Assembly (NCBI GenBank): GCA_945969495.1
Contig: CAMFOH010000001.1
Span: 4,424-68,423 of the forward strand
Length of the DNA: 64,000 bases
Source: an uncultured Mollicutes bacterium
GTDB lineage: Bacteria; Bacillota_I; Bacilli_A; RF39; UBA660
Reading direction: 5' to 3'
Numbering within the stretch: the stretch's first letter is position 1; every line of letters starts with the position of its first letter. The position numbers and the translations under genes were made by a program. Positions 1 to 9,309 of the stretch are shown one piece after another. The notes below the pieces were generated by a model. It searched no databases. It saw only the letters and a program-made list of their open reading frames with translations, and was not told the origin of the DNA.

Positions 1-186
1 AAAACTTTAAATTGTAGTGGTTATGCAAGAATAGATTTTTTCTATGATGAAGAAAATGAAAAAATATATATTAATGAAATAAATACCATACCAGGTTTTA
101 CTTCTATTAGTATGTATCCTAAACTAATTGAAAGTATTGGTATAACTTATACTGATTTAATAACTATTTTAATTAATAATGCATAA
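1..186 (+). CDS. ddl: D-alanine--D-alanine ligase, C-terminal fragment (gene starts upstream of window)
   Basis: In-frame translation from position 1 gives ...[55 protein letters not shown], the typical Ddl C-terminus; stop TAA at 184-186. Confidence 0.6.
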   Translation, partial: KTLNCSGYARIDFFYDEENEKIYINEINTIPGFTSISMYPKLIESIGITYTDLITILINNA

Positions 187-234
187 GTTCACAATAAGTG
201 AGCTTTTTTGTTATAATAGGAATGGTGAATAATT

Positions 235-927
235 ATGAAATCCGATGTTTATAAAATCAATAATGCTGTGGAAAAGATTAAAAGTGGTAAGAATACTTTA
301 TTTTTAGATCAAAGAGAATATAAATTATTAACATCAAAATTAAAAAAGCATGAATATAATGTTTACTATCCATATAAAGATAGTGAAAAAGTAATGTTAT
401 ACACAGAAAAAATACCGATTGTTAAGTTATTTAAGATTAATACTGCAGAAAAGATAAGACATCAAGATATACTTGGAAGTTTATTTGCACTTAACATAGA
501 TTCTTCATTTTTTGGAGACATAGTTTTATACAAAGATGATTATTATGTGTATATAGAAAATAATTTAGCGAACTATATAAAAGATAATTTAAATATGATA
601 GGTAATAAAAAGATAGTTTTAGAAGAAGTTAGTTTGGATGTTTTAAAGGATTATGAAAGAAAGTACGAAGAAAAAGAAATGATTGTATCAAGCCTTAGGA
701 TAGATGGTATAGTATCATCAATAATTAATTCTTCTAGAAGTAAGGCACTAGAGAAAATAAAAAACAAAGAAGTAATAGTTAATTATGAAGTTATGAGTAA
801 AAATTCATACTTACTTAAAGAAAATGATATATTTAGCATAAGAAGATATGGTAAGTATAAGTTTGTTGGAGTAGTAAAAAGTACAAAGAAAGATAATTAC
901 ATAGTTAAATATTTGAAATATTTATAA
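235..927 (+). CDS. S4-domain RNA-binding protein (YlmH-like)
   Basis: 230-aa ORF; C-terminal S4-like segment SLRIDGIVSSIINSSRSKALEKIKNKEVIVNYEV; position after ddl. Confidence 0.5.
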   Translation: MKSDVYKINNAVEKIKSGKNTLFLDQREYKLLTSKLKKHEYNVYYPYKDSEKVMLYTEKIPIVKLFKINTAEKIRHQDILGSLFALNIDSSFFGDIVLYKDDYYVYIENNLANYIKDNLNMIGNKKIVLEEVSLDVLKDYERKYEEKEMIVSSLRIDGIVSSIINSSRSKALEKIKNKEVIVNYEVMSKNSYLLKENDIFSIRRYGKYKFVGVVKSTKKDNYIVKYLKYL

Positions 928-947
928 TATTTATAATATTTATAATA
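918..947. repeat. Three tandem copies of a 9-bp AT unit (atttataat) overlapping the stop of the upstream ORF
   Basis: Direct reading: aaatatttataatatttataatatttataatat. Confidence 0.6.
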
Positions 948-1054
948 TAGAATTAGAGTGATAAAAAAAGTTATGTCTAATAAATAAAGTAGGAGATAGT
1001 AAAAAAACTAGCTTTGTTTTCCACACTTTTTGAATAAGAAGGGTGGTGATAATT

Positions 1055-1144
1055 ATGAGATTTAAGTTTGAAATAAAGTTAAATACAAAATTAATTATCA
1101 TTTTAATACTTATAGTAATACTAGTTATTACATATAACGTATAA
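1055..1144 (+). CDS. Small hydrophobic peptide, 29 aa (MRFKFEIKLNTKLIIILILIVILVITYNV), copy 1
   Basis: RBS aagggtggtga 6 nt upstream of ATG; charged N-terminus + single TM; followed by hairpin/T-run terminator; exact copy repeated at 1378. Confidence 0.5.
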   Translation: MRFKFEIKLNTKLIIILILIVILVITYNV

Positions 1145-1145
1145 G

Positions 1146-1182
1146 AAAAACAAGGTTAGTTTAAAAGCTAGCCTTGTTTTCT
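1146..1182 (+). terminator. Rho-independent terminator (stem caaggttag/ctagccttg, loop tttaaaag, T-run)
   Basis: 9-bp stem with one G-U wobble followed by ttttct. Confidence 0.6.
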
Positions 1183-1377
1183 AAAAAACAATCTTTGGAA
1201 AACAACTAGTTAAAGCTGTCTCCTTCATTTATATTATACAATAACAAATATTTTTATTCAATAAAATTATAAAAATTAGAGTGATAAAAAAATTTATGTC
1301 TAATAAATAAAGTAGGAGATAGTAAAAAAACTAGCTTTGTTTTCCATTCGTCTTGAATAAGAAGGGTGGTGATAATT

Positions 1378-1467
1378 ATGAGATTTAAGTTTGAAATAAA
1401 GTTAAATACAAAATTAATTATCATTTTAATACTTATAGTAATACTAGTTATTACATATAACGTATAA
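1378..1467 (+). CDS. Small hydrophobic peptide, 29 aa, copy 2 (identical protein)
   Basis: Same RBS/ORF as copy 1; part of tandem duplication. Confidence 0.5.
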   Translation: MRFKFEIKLNTKLIIILILIVILVITYNV

Positions 1468-1468
1468 G

Positions 1469-1505
1469 AAAAACAAGGTTAGTTTAAAAGCTAGCCTTGT
1501 TTTCT
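1469..1505 (+). terminator. Rho-independent terminator (copy 2 of the hairpin at 1146-1182)
   Basis: Identical stem-loop caaggttag...ctagccttg + T-run. Confidence 0.6.
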
Positions 1506-1649
1506 AAAAAAAACAAATCTGGAAAACAACTAGTTAAAGCTGTCTCCTTCATTTATATTATACAAAAATAAAATTAATATGTAAAGAACTGTTCATCTTT
1601 TTTTGAAATATAAAATATGCTATACTATTTTATACAGGAAGTGATTTAA

Positions 1650-2270
1650 GTGAAAGTATTGTTAGTAAATGGTAGTCCAAATAAAGATGGTGCAACTAAC
1701 TTAGCTTTAGAGGAAGTAGCTAAAACTTTAAATGATAACGGAGTAGAAACAGAAATATTTTGGATTGGTAATAAAGGGGTAGCGGGGTGTATTGGATGTG
1801 GTGCATGTTTTAATACAAAAAGATGTTTTATTGATGATAAAGTAAATGAATTCATTTCAAAAGCTGAAAAAGCTGATGGATTTATCTTTGGTACGCCAGT
1901 TCATTATGCTGGGCCTACTGGATTTATAAAATCATTCATGGATAGATGTTTTTATGGTAAAGGTTATGCATTTGAGTATAAACCAGTAGCAGCAGTGGTT
2001 AGCGCAAGGCGTGGTGGATGTGCTACTGCTTTTGATGATTTAAATAAATATTTTACTATTTCCAACATGATTGTTGTTGGAAGCCAGTACTGGAATCAAA
2101 TACATGGAAATAATAAAGAAGAAGCTAAAAAAGATGAAGAAGGACTTCAAACAATGAGAACGCTTGGAAAAAATATGGCTTGGATATTAAAATGTATTGA
2201 AAAAGGTAAGGAAAATGGTGTACAATACCCAGAAAAGGAAAAAAGAATATCAACTAACTTTATAAGATAA
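1650..2270 (+). CDS. NAD(P)H-dependent FMN reductase / flavodoxin-like fold oxidoreductase
   Basis: 206 aa; N-terminal MKVLLVNGSPNKDG (flavodoxin-like NADPH-FMN reductase signature), Cys cluster CIGCGAC. Confidence 0.65.
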   Translation: MKVLLVNGSPNKDGATNLALEEVAKTLNDNGVETEIFWIGNKGVAGCIGCGACFNTKRCFIDDKVNEFISKAEKADGFIFGTPVHYAGPTGFIKSFMDRCFYGKGYAFEYKPVAAVVSARRGGCATAFDDLNKYFTISNMIVVGSQYWNQIHGNNKEEAKKDEEGLQTMRTLGKNMAWILKCIEKGKENGVQYPEKEKRISTNFIR

Positions 2271-2282
2271 GAAGGTGTAATT

Positions 2283-3389
2283 ATGAAAAAGAAAGTAGTA
2301 ATAGGAATGAGTGGTGGGGTTGATTCATCAGTTGCTGCCATAATACTTCAAAAACAGGGCTATGAAGTAATAGGCCTTTTTATGCGTAACTGGGATTCTT
2401 TTGCGGATGGTGAGTTAGAAGGAGCTCCAACTACTACTCAAGGTATATGCCCTCAAGAAGTAGATTATAATGACGCTAAAAAAGTTTGTGATAAATTAGG
2501 TATTCCTTTATATCGCAAAGATTTTATTAAAGAATACTGGGATTATGTATTTACTTATTTTTTAGATGAATTAAAAAAAGGAAGAACACCAAATCCTGAT
2601 ATAATGTGTAATAAATATATAAAGTTTGATCAGTTTGCTCGTGAAGCTGAAAAACTAGGAGCGGATTACATTGCGACTGGTCATTACTGCAGAATAAAAG
2701 ATGGACAACTATTAAGAGCGGTAGATGATAATAAAGATCAATCGTACTTTTTATCACAAGTATCAAGAAAACAATTAAAAAACGTTTTATTTCCAATTGG
2801 AGATATGATAAAACCTGATGTTAGAAAAATAGCTGAAGAGTATGGTTTAGTTACCGCAGAAAAAAAAGATTCAACTGGTATATGTTTTATTGGTGAAAGA
2901 AATTTCTCTAACTTTTTAAAAAATTATTTACCAAATATGCCTGGTGATGTAATAGATATTAAAACAAATAAAAAAGTTGGAGAACATATTGGTCTTATGC
3001 ATTATACAATAGGGCAAAGGCGTGGACTTGATATCGGCGGTACAAAAGAAAGAATGTTTGTTGTTGGAAAAGATTTAAATAAAAACATTTTATATATTGA
3101 ATCTGGTAATGATGAATATTTAATAACTACTTCTTGTTTAGTTGATCAAATAAATTGGACTTATGATAAGAAAATTAATAAATGTACTGCTAAATTTAGA
3201 TATAGACAAAAAGATGTAGATGTAAAGTTAGAATGGTTAGATAATGGTGAAATATTAGTTAGGTATCCACAAGGAGTAAAAGCTGTAACTCCAGGACAAG
3301 CCTGTGTATTTTATGATGGTGAAGTATGTTTAGGTGGTGGAATAATAAAAGAAGTAAGGAAAAATAATGAGAAGTTATGGTATTTATAA
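2283..3389 (+). CDS. mnmA: tRNA-specific 2-thiouridylase MnmA
   Basis: 368 aa; PP-loop SGGVDSS at N-terminus, conserved MnmA length and C-terminal domain. Confidence 0.85.
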   Translation: MKKKVVIGMSGGVDSSVAAIILQKQGYEVIGLFMRNWDSFADGELEGAPTTTQGICPQEVDYNDAKKVCDKLGIPLYRKDFIKEYWDYVFTYFLDELKKGRTPNPDIMCNKYIKFDQFAREAEKLGADYIATGHYCRIKDGQLLRAVDDNKDQSYFLSQVSRKQLKNVLFPIGDMIKPDVRKIAEEYGLVTAEKKDSTGICFIGERNFSNFLKNYLPNMPGDVIDIKTNKKVGEHIGLMHYTIGQRRGLDIGGTKERMFVVGKDLNKNILYIESGNDEYLITTSCLVDQINWTYDKKINKCTAKFRYRQKDVDVKLEWLDNGEILVRYPQGVKAVTPGQACVFYDGEVCLGGGIIKEVRKNNEKLWYL

Positions 3390-3403
3390 AAAGAAATTCT
3401 TTT

Positions 3404-4492
3404 TTATGTAGAATTTCTTTTTTCTTTTATTATTTTTAAATTATTTAGTAACCTTTCATTGTTAGGTTCCATATCTATGGCTTTGTTGCACCATTTTAGT
3501 GATTCATTTATATTACCTAAATAAAATTCACTTATTGAAAGAAGATCATACACCGTATAATCCCAACTAAAAGGTTCATTTATATATGTCTTTTCATGGC
3601 TTTTAATTTCTAAAGCTTGTAAACAATATTTTTTAACTTCCTTAAAATTGTTAAGCTCATATTCAAGTAATGCTCTTTCTATGTAAGAATCTCTTAAGTA
3701 TGGAGCTTCTTTTACAGCTTTATCAAGCCACATTTTTGCCTCATCATATCTTTTTAAGTATTTATAACATCTTGCGATAAATCTCATTGAGGCACATCTT
3801 TCGTCTTTCCATGCTGCACTTGGCAAAGAAAGATGTTTTATTAACGTATCGATTGCATCATTCCACTTGCCATGAAACATGTATTCTCTACCTAGATAAT
3901 GCATGTTTCTATCATTTTCTGGGTCTTCTTTTACTGAAAGTTCTAAAAGTGGTAAATAGCTACTTCTAGATTTACTATCATCTGGAAAGTGATCTACCGT
4001 AATTTCATCAGTTGTTAACCAAACTTCTTTATCACCAGTATATTCTAATACTTCATGTACTGGATGAGTCCATTTAAAACCATGTCTTGCGTGTATTTTT
4101 TCAATGTAGAAATTAACTTTAGGGTTTCCATTTTCATCATGAGACCAATTATAATTATATCTTAAGTGATTAACACCATCTTTCCATATTTTATCCAAAG
4201 TTTTTCTCCATCCAGGATTTAGTACCTCATCTAAATCGATACATACACATATATCAAAATCTTCGGGTACTAATTTTAATGATTCATTTCTAGCAACATC
4301 AAATCTCCATGGTTTTATCTCCTTTTTTACAACGTTAACTCCTAATTTATTTAAAAGTGAGACCGTATTATCGCAAGAACCCGTATCAAGAACATAAATT
4401 TGATCAGCCTCTTTGACAGAATTAAACCATCTTTTAACAAACTTTTCCTCATTTTTACTAATTGCATAAACTGCTATTTTATTTTTTTTCAA
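3404..4492 (-). CDS. Family-2 glycosyltransferase with C-terminal TPR repeats, downstream partner of the collagen-like gene
   Basis: 362 aa; N-terminal GT-A fold signature (VYAISKNEEKFV...LDTGSCDNT, DxD-like IDLDE), C-terminal TPR-like helical repeats; stop codon 2 nt from the BclA-like gene on the same strand. Confidence 0.7.
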   Translation of the reverse strand: MKKNKIAVYAISKNEEKFVKRWFNSVKEADQIYVLDTGSCDNTVSLLNKLGVNVVKKEIKPWRFDVARNESLKLVPEDFDICVCIDLDEVLNPGWRKTLDKIWKDGVNHLRYNYNWSHDENGNPKVNFYIEKIHARHGFKWTHPVHEVLEYTGDKEVWLTTDEITVDHFPDDSKSRSSYLPLLELSVKEDPENDRNMHYLGREYMFHGKWNDAIDTLIKHLSLPSAAWKDERCASMRFIARCYKYLKRYDEAKMWLDKAVKEAPYLRDSYIERALLEYELNNFKEVKKYCLQALEIKSHEKTYINEPFSWDYTVYDLLSISEFYLGNINESLKWCNKAIDMEPNNERLLNNLKIIKEKRNST

Positions 4493-4494
4493 GT

Positions 4495-5706
4495 TTATGC
4501 TCCTTGTCTTCCTTTATATTCAATTAGTATTGTAACTATTGGATTAGTAAAGTATGAACCTGATGATATGTCTTTTAAATTAGGCGTATTTAAGTATATG
4601 TTAGTTTTACCAAGGTTTACTAATTCATATGCGTTTGCAATACTTTCTACTGCTATTAATCCTTCACCAACTATTTGCTTTGCTTCATCATAGTATGACC
4701 ACTGGCTAGCACCTATAAAGATGTTATCAGTTCCAACTTGTCTAAATCCAATTGACACGAAGTCTTTTTCTGGATCAAACTCTTCTCCGTTAGGAGTTGC
4801 ATATGCAGATACAATAAAGGTAATCTTATAATAACCAGCTACGTTAAATTGTATTACTTCTTCATTAGTATCCAAAGTAATTATATCTGATATATCTAAT
4901 TCTTCTCTATCGATAGGTAGTCTTTCTCCGGCTGCAACACTAATTCCTTCTGCACTTGTTCCATCATTAAATGTTACAAGATAAGCATCCCTGTAAAGAG
5001 TTGGTCCAGTAGGTCCAACATCTCCTTTTGGTCCCATAGGTCCGGTAGGACCTTGTATGTTACCTACGTTTATCCAGTCATTTTCAGTATCTGACCATAC
5101 GTACAAATTACCATTTACTAGATAAGATTCATTAGGATTACCTGTTGGATGATCAGCTATTAAATCATCATAAGTGTTGTATGATCCTAATATTGTAACA
5201 CTAGTTCCTGCAGGCCCAGTAGGCCCAGTTGCTCCTTCTGTACCATCTTTTCCATCAAAGCCTTTTGGAATTACGAAATCCAATATATGGTTAGTTGAAC
5301 TTCCACTATCTGTAACAATAGCTCTTGTACCTGCATCGCCAGTAGTTATTGTACCTACTGATATTGTTTCTGTTTCTCCAGCTGGTCCTGTTGGCCCAGT
5401 AGGTCCAGTAGGCCCAGTTGGTCCAGTAGGTCCCGTTGCGCCGGTAGGTCCGGTTGGTCCAGTTGGTCCAGTAGGTCCGGTAGCACCTGTTGCGCCGGTA
5501 GGTCCGGTTGGCCCAGTAGCTCCTGTTAAACCAATTAATCCTTGTGGACCGGTAGGCCCAGTTGGCCCGGTTGCACCACCAGATGGACCCGTTGGCCCGG
5601 TTGGCCCTGGAATAAATCTTGGACAACAGCATTTTTTATGATGTTTCATTTCTTCTAAAGCATTTCTTAAAATACTTCCTTCATAGAAATTATTTTGATT
5701 ATTCAT
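4495..5706 (-). CDS. BclA-like collagen triple-helix repeat exosporium glycoprotein (N-terminal CCC motif, GPT repeats, C1q/TNF-like C-terminal domain)
   Basis: 403 aa; >25 consecutive G-P-T/G-A-T triplets; C-terminal domain with [16 protein letters not shown] resembling BclA ISETGFYKITVIANTA; N-terminus ...[16 protein letters not shown]. Confidence 0.8.
   Translation of the reverse strand: MNNQNNFYEGSILRNALEEMKHHKKCCCPRFIPGPTGPTGPSGGATGPTGPTGPQGLIGLTGATGPTGPTGATGATGPTGPTGPTGPTGATGPTGPTGPTGPTGPTGPAGETETISVGTITTGDAGTRAIVTDSGSSTNHILDFVIPKGFDGKDGTEGATGPTGPAGTSVTILGSYNTYDDLIADHPTGNPNESYLVNGNLYVWSDTENDWINVGNIQGPTGPMGPKGDVGPTGPTLYRDAYLVTFNDGTSAEGISVAAGERLPIDREELDISDIITLDTNEEVIQFNVAGYYKITFIVSAYATPNGEEFDPEKDFVSIGFRQVGTDNIFIGASQWSYYDEAKQIVGEGLIAVESIANAYELVNLGKTNIYLNTPNLKDISSGSYFTNPIVTILIEYKGRQGA
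5370..5612 (-). repeat. Near-perfect 9-bp tandem repeats (GGTCC(A/G)GT(A/T)) encoding the G-P-T collagen tract
   Basis: ccagtaggtccggtaggcccagttggtcc... repeated; length-variable coding microsatellite. Confidence 0.8.
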
Positions 5707-5894
5707 TTTTTATCTCCTTTCACGGTATAATATGAACTATAAAAAAATACTTGTATTATGTTTGACTTGTACAATTTAAAATATTTTAAAGTAAAAATAT
5801 ACAGTTTTAAAAAATAATTAATAGATGGTAAAAATATATCAATCACTTATTTTTTATTACCATAAGATAAAGTGAAGTAATGAGGTGATGATTT

Positions 5895-6236
5895 ATGAAA
5901 GAAATAAAAATAAAGTGTATTAATAAATATAAATATCAGATTATTATATATGACTGTTATGGTAACAAAGTATTTGATGGTTTTACTGATGAAACTGGTA
6001 CATTGATTTTAGATGTGCCATATTATGGTGTTTATAAGATTTTGATATTAAGGAATAAAAATATAAAAGTAATTACTAATTTTTATGTAGATGAAAACCA
6101 GTATAACTTTTTCTATTTTAGGGTTGTTAGTATAAAAAGATACCTTCACTTAGTTACTTTTAAAATTACAGATGAATATTATAAAGGATTACCAATAAAG
6201 GAGGGAAAAATAACGTTATGGCAAAAGGACACATAA
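5895..6236 (+). CDS. Hypothetical beta-rich protein (113 aa) ending in Y-K-G-L-P-I-K-E-G-K-I-T-L motif
   Basis: ORF with RBS gaggtgatgattt ATG; motif DETGTLILDVPYYGVYKI reminiscent of prealbumin/Cna-B-type folds. Confidence 0.45.
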   Translation: MKEIKIKCINKYKYQIIIYDCYGNKVFDGFTDETGTLILDVPYYGVYKILILRNKNIKVITNFYVDENQYNFFYFRVVSIKRYLHLVTFKITDEYYKGLPIKEGKITLWQKDT

Positions 6237-6766
6237 TTCCAATAACTAATGGTAAAGGAAGTAAAGCCCTTGTTAATGGAAATTATTCGGTAACAGCGAG
6301 TGTAAATGGTTATGATAATGCAACTATCGAACCTAGCACTGAAGAAATAAGCGAAGGTGTTAATGAGTATAGCTTTACGATAGCCGCTACTGGTACTTTA
6401 ACTTTACACGTATCGGATGATGGAACTGAAATTGGAGTTCCGATAGTTGGTGCAACATTTTATAGGTGTGATGCAGAAGGTACTACTTATGGAGAAGCGG
6501 TAACTTCTGGTGATGATGGTAATGCGGTATTTAATAATGTTCCTTACGCTGATGATGGAACGGCACCAAACATATATTATAAGCAAACTGCTTCGGATGG
6601 AGAACATGGTTTCACAGATGAATTGCAGACAATTACGATGGAAACTGAAACCCATACGATTGAAATAGCAAACGAAGAAGCTCCATCAAGGAATATTAAT
6701 TTAACTGATGCTAATTATGATGGATTACCAATTGAAGACGGAAGCATAACTTTAACTTCTGAGTAA
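6218..6766 (+). CDS. Hypothetical beta-rich protein (182 aa), paralogous C-terminal motif Y-D-G-L-P-I-E-D-G-S-I-T-L
   Basis: RBS aaggaggg upstream; DDGNAVFNNVPYADDGTAPNIYY resembles Cna-B/SpaA-type domain signature D-x-N-G-x-x-x-F-x-N-L-x-Y-G. Confidence 0.5.
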   Translation: MAKGHIIPITNGKGSKALVNGNYSVTASVNGYDNATIEPSTEEISEGVNEYSFTIAATGTLTLHVSDDGTEIGVPIVGATFYRCDAEGTTYGEAVTSGDDGNAVFNNVPYADDGTAPNIYYKQTASDGEHGFTDELQTITMETETHTIEIANEEAPSRNINLTDANYDGLPIEDGSITLTSE

Positions 6767-6870
6767 ATTAAAACAAACAAGTAAATGGTTACTTGTTTGT
6801 TTTAATATGATAACTTGAATAAAATACTTAAATATGCTATTATCTAGTTGTTTATTTTAAAGGAGACAAA

Positions 6871-7719
6871 ATGAAAGAAATAGTATTAGATACGTTACTT
6901 GATGCATTAAAATTATTACCATTTTTATTTGTTGCATTTTTGATAATGGAATATATTGAACATAAATTTAATAAAAAAAGTAAAAATAAGATTTCCAAAG
7001 CAGGTAAGTTTGGTCCGATTTTTGGAAGTTTACTAGGCGCTGTTCCACAATGTGGTTTTTCTGTTATGGCAACTAACCTTTATGCAACTAGAATAATAAC
7101 CGTTGGTACGCTTATATCAATATATTTATCAACCTCGGATGAAATGCTTCCAATATTAATATCTGAGGGTACCAAAGTAAGTATCATTTTTAAAATCTTA
7201 ATAGTAAAGATAATAATAGGTATGATATGTGGTTTTGTAATAGATTTTATATTAAGAAAAAAACATAATGAGAAGGAATATGAAATAAAAGATTTTTGCT
7301 TGGAACATCATTGTGATTGTAATCATGGGATTATTAAATCATCGTTAAAACATACTTTAAATATTATTTTATTTATTATTTTAATAACGTTTTTATTAAA
7401 CGCAGGTATTCATTACCTAGGTGAAGAAAATATAGGTAAACTATTTTTAAAGGATAGTATTTTTGCTCCTTTTATATCAAGTTTGATTGGACTTATTCCT
7501 AATTGTGGTGCTAGCGTTATAATAACTGAATTATATTTAAGTGGTGTTATATCATTTGCATCATGCGTATCTGGTTTATTAACCGGAAGCGGGGTTGCTT
7601 TGCTAGTTTTATTTAAAGTAAATAAAGATAAAAAAGCTAATTTAAAGATTTTATTAACTTTATATTTAATAGGTGTTATATCAGGGGTATTGATAGAGTT
7701 TCTTAGTTTCATTTTTTAA
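6871..7719 (+). CDS. Polytopic membrane protein with internal two-fold repeat (each half has a P-x-C-G-[FA]-S motif)
   Basis: 282 aa; GAVPQCGFSVMATNLYATR... and GLIPNCGASVIITELYLSG... halves; HHCDCNHG loop between halves. Confidence 0.55.
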   Translation: MKEIVLDTLLDALKLLPFLFVAFLIMEYIEHKFNKKSKNKISKAGKFGPIFGSLLGAVPQCGFSVMATNLYATRIITVGTLISIYLSTSDEMLPILISEGTKVSIIFKILIVKIIIGMICGFVIDFILRKKHNEKEYEIKDFCLEHHCDCNHGIIKSSLKHTLNIILFIILITFLLNAGIHYLGEENIGKLFLKDSIFAPFISSLIGLIPNCGASVIITELYLSGVISFASCVSGLLTGSGVALLVLFKVNKDKKANLKILLTLYLIGVISGVLIEFLSFIF

Positions 7720-7761
7720 AAGACCTTATTTATTTAAAAGGTCTTTTTTGTTATAATTGTA

Positions 7762-9309
7762 ATGGAGATGATGAATGTGGTAAAACCTTTAGTGTTATGT
7801 ATATTAGATGGATGTGGAGTGCGAGAAGAAAGTGATGGTAATGCTTTTAAAAACGCTAATAAGCCAACTTTAGACATGTTAATGAATAAGTATCCGCACT
7901 GTTTACTTCAAGCTAGTGGACCTTATGTTGGACTTCCTGTTGGACAAATGGGAACAAGTGAAGTAGGGCACATGAACTTAGGATCGGGAAGGGTAGCATT
8001 ACAACCTTTACAAGCTATTACTAAGTCGGTAGAAGATGGTACTTTGTTTGAAAATGAAAATATTTTAGAGGTAATAAACCATGTTAAACAAAATAGTTCT
8101 AACTTACATATTATGGGGTTATTAAGTGATGGTGGGGTACACTCACACATTAATCATTTATTAGCATTACTTGATATGTGTAAGATGAATAACGTTAAAA
8201 ACGTATATATACATGCCTTTTTAGATGGTAGGGATACTTATGAAAAAAGTGCTATTAAATATTTAGACATTTTAAACGACAAGATTATAAAACTAGGAAT
8301 AGGTAAAATTGCAACGATATCCGGTAGGTATTACGCAATGGATAGGGATAACAACTTTGATAGGCTAAAGTTAGCATATGATGCATTTGTTTATGGTAAT
8401 GGACCTGTTTATAAAGATTATAAAGAATTAATTGATAAAAATTATAATGATGGTGTTTATGATGAGTTTATACGCCCTGGAATAATAAATAACGTTCCTA
8501 TTAAAGATGGTGATGGAATTATTTCTTTTAACTTTAGAAAAGATAGGATAAGAGAATTATTTACTTGCCTTAGTAATCCAAATGCATATGAATCTATGGC
8601 TAAGGAAAAAGATATGGTAATTAAACATTTTAATAATGTTAAAACATTAACCATGTTTCCTGTTACTGAAACGGTATTATCAAAGCATGCATTTGATGAT
8701 TTGGATCTAAAAAATATATTAGTTGATTATTTGCATGAAAATGGGTTAAGCCAACTTAGAATAGCAGAAACCGAAAAGTTTCCTCATGTTACTTTTTTCT
8801 TTGATGGTGGAAGAGAAGTAAAGTACGATGATATGAAAAAAATAATTATACCATCACCTAAGGTAGCAACTTATGATTTAAAACCAGAGATGAGTGTATA
8901 CGAAGTAACTGATAACTTCTTAAAAGAAGTAGAAAACTATGATGTTACAATCATGAACTTAGCTAATGGAGACATGGTTGGACATACTGGAGTTTATGAA
9001 GCTGCAAAAAAAGCGGTTGAACACATGGATAAATGTTTATCTAAAATATATGATAAGGTTATTAGTCTAGGTGGAGTTTTAATAATAATAGCTGATCATG
9101 GTAATTGTGATGTTATGTGGGATAAAGAACATAACCCAGTAACTTCTCATACTATTAATCCTGTACCATGCATTATTACAAAAGAAAATATAGAATTAAA
9201 AGATGGTAAGTTAGCTGATATAGCACCTACTATGCTTGAACTTTTAAAAATAAAAAAACCAAAAGAAATGACAGGTGAAAGTTTAATAAATAAGTCTATT
9301 AATAATTAA
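7762..9309 (+). CDS. gpmI: 2,3-bisphosphoglycerate-independent phosphoglycerate mutase
   Basis: 515 aa; N-terminal LVLCILDGCG, metalloenzyme core, typical iPGM length; true start may be the ATG at 7771. Confidence 0.85.
   Translation: MEMMNVVKPLVLCILDGCGVREESDGNAFKNANKPTLDMLMNKYPHCLLQASGPYVGLPVGQMGTSEVGHMNLGSGRVALQPLQAITKSVEDGTLFENENILEVINHVKQNSSNLHIMGLLSDGGVHSHINHLLALLDMCKMNNVKNVYIHAFLDGRDTYEKSAIKYLDILNDKIIKLGIGKIATISGRYYAMDRDNNFDRLKLAYDAFVYGNGPVYKDYKELIDKNYNDGVYDEFIRPGIINNVPIKDGDGIISFNFRKDRIRELFTCLSNPNAYESMAKEKDMVIKHFNNVKTLTMFPVTETVLSKHAFDDLDLKNILVDYLHENGLSQLRIAETEKFPHVTFFFDGGREVKYDDMKKIIIPSPKVATYDLKPEMSVYEVTDNFLKEVENYDVTIMNLANGDMVGHTGVYEAAKKAVEHMDKCLSKIYDKVISLGGVLIIIADHGNCDVMWDKEHNPVTSHTINPVPCIITKENIELKDGKLADIAPTMLELLKIKKPKEMTGESLINKSINN

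Larger units (their letters stand above)
951..1565 (+). repeat. Tandem direct duplication (two ~291-bp units, period ~323 bp, >90% identical) each carrying RBS + 29-aa ORF + terminator
   Basis: Unit 1 951-1241 and unit 2 1274-1565 align base-for-base with a few substitutions/indels (e.g. ccacactttttgaataag vs ccattcgtcttgaataag). Confidence 0.85.

Noticed and set aside
1646-1855. 69-aa minus-strand ORF
   Set aside because: Antisense to the flavoprotein gene; low-complexity.
5370-5612. Regular short repeats that could be mistaken for a CRISPR array
   Set aside because: Repeat unit is 9 bp with no spacers, and it lies in-frame inside a collagen-like CDS; no cas genes in the window.
5174-5641. 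Plus-strand ORF (155 aa, [10 protein letters not shown]...) and another minus-frame ORF 5306-5632 inside the collagen gene
   Set aside because: Alternative-frame readings of the GPT-coding 9-bp repeats; the real gene is the minus-strand BclA-like ORF 4495-5706.
6203-6236. Frameshift fusing ORFs 5895-6236 and 6218-6766 into one gene
   Set aside because: Each ORF independently ends with the shared C-terminal motif and the second has its own AGGAGG-like RBS, so two tandem paralogs is the simpler reading; cannot be excluded without reads.
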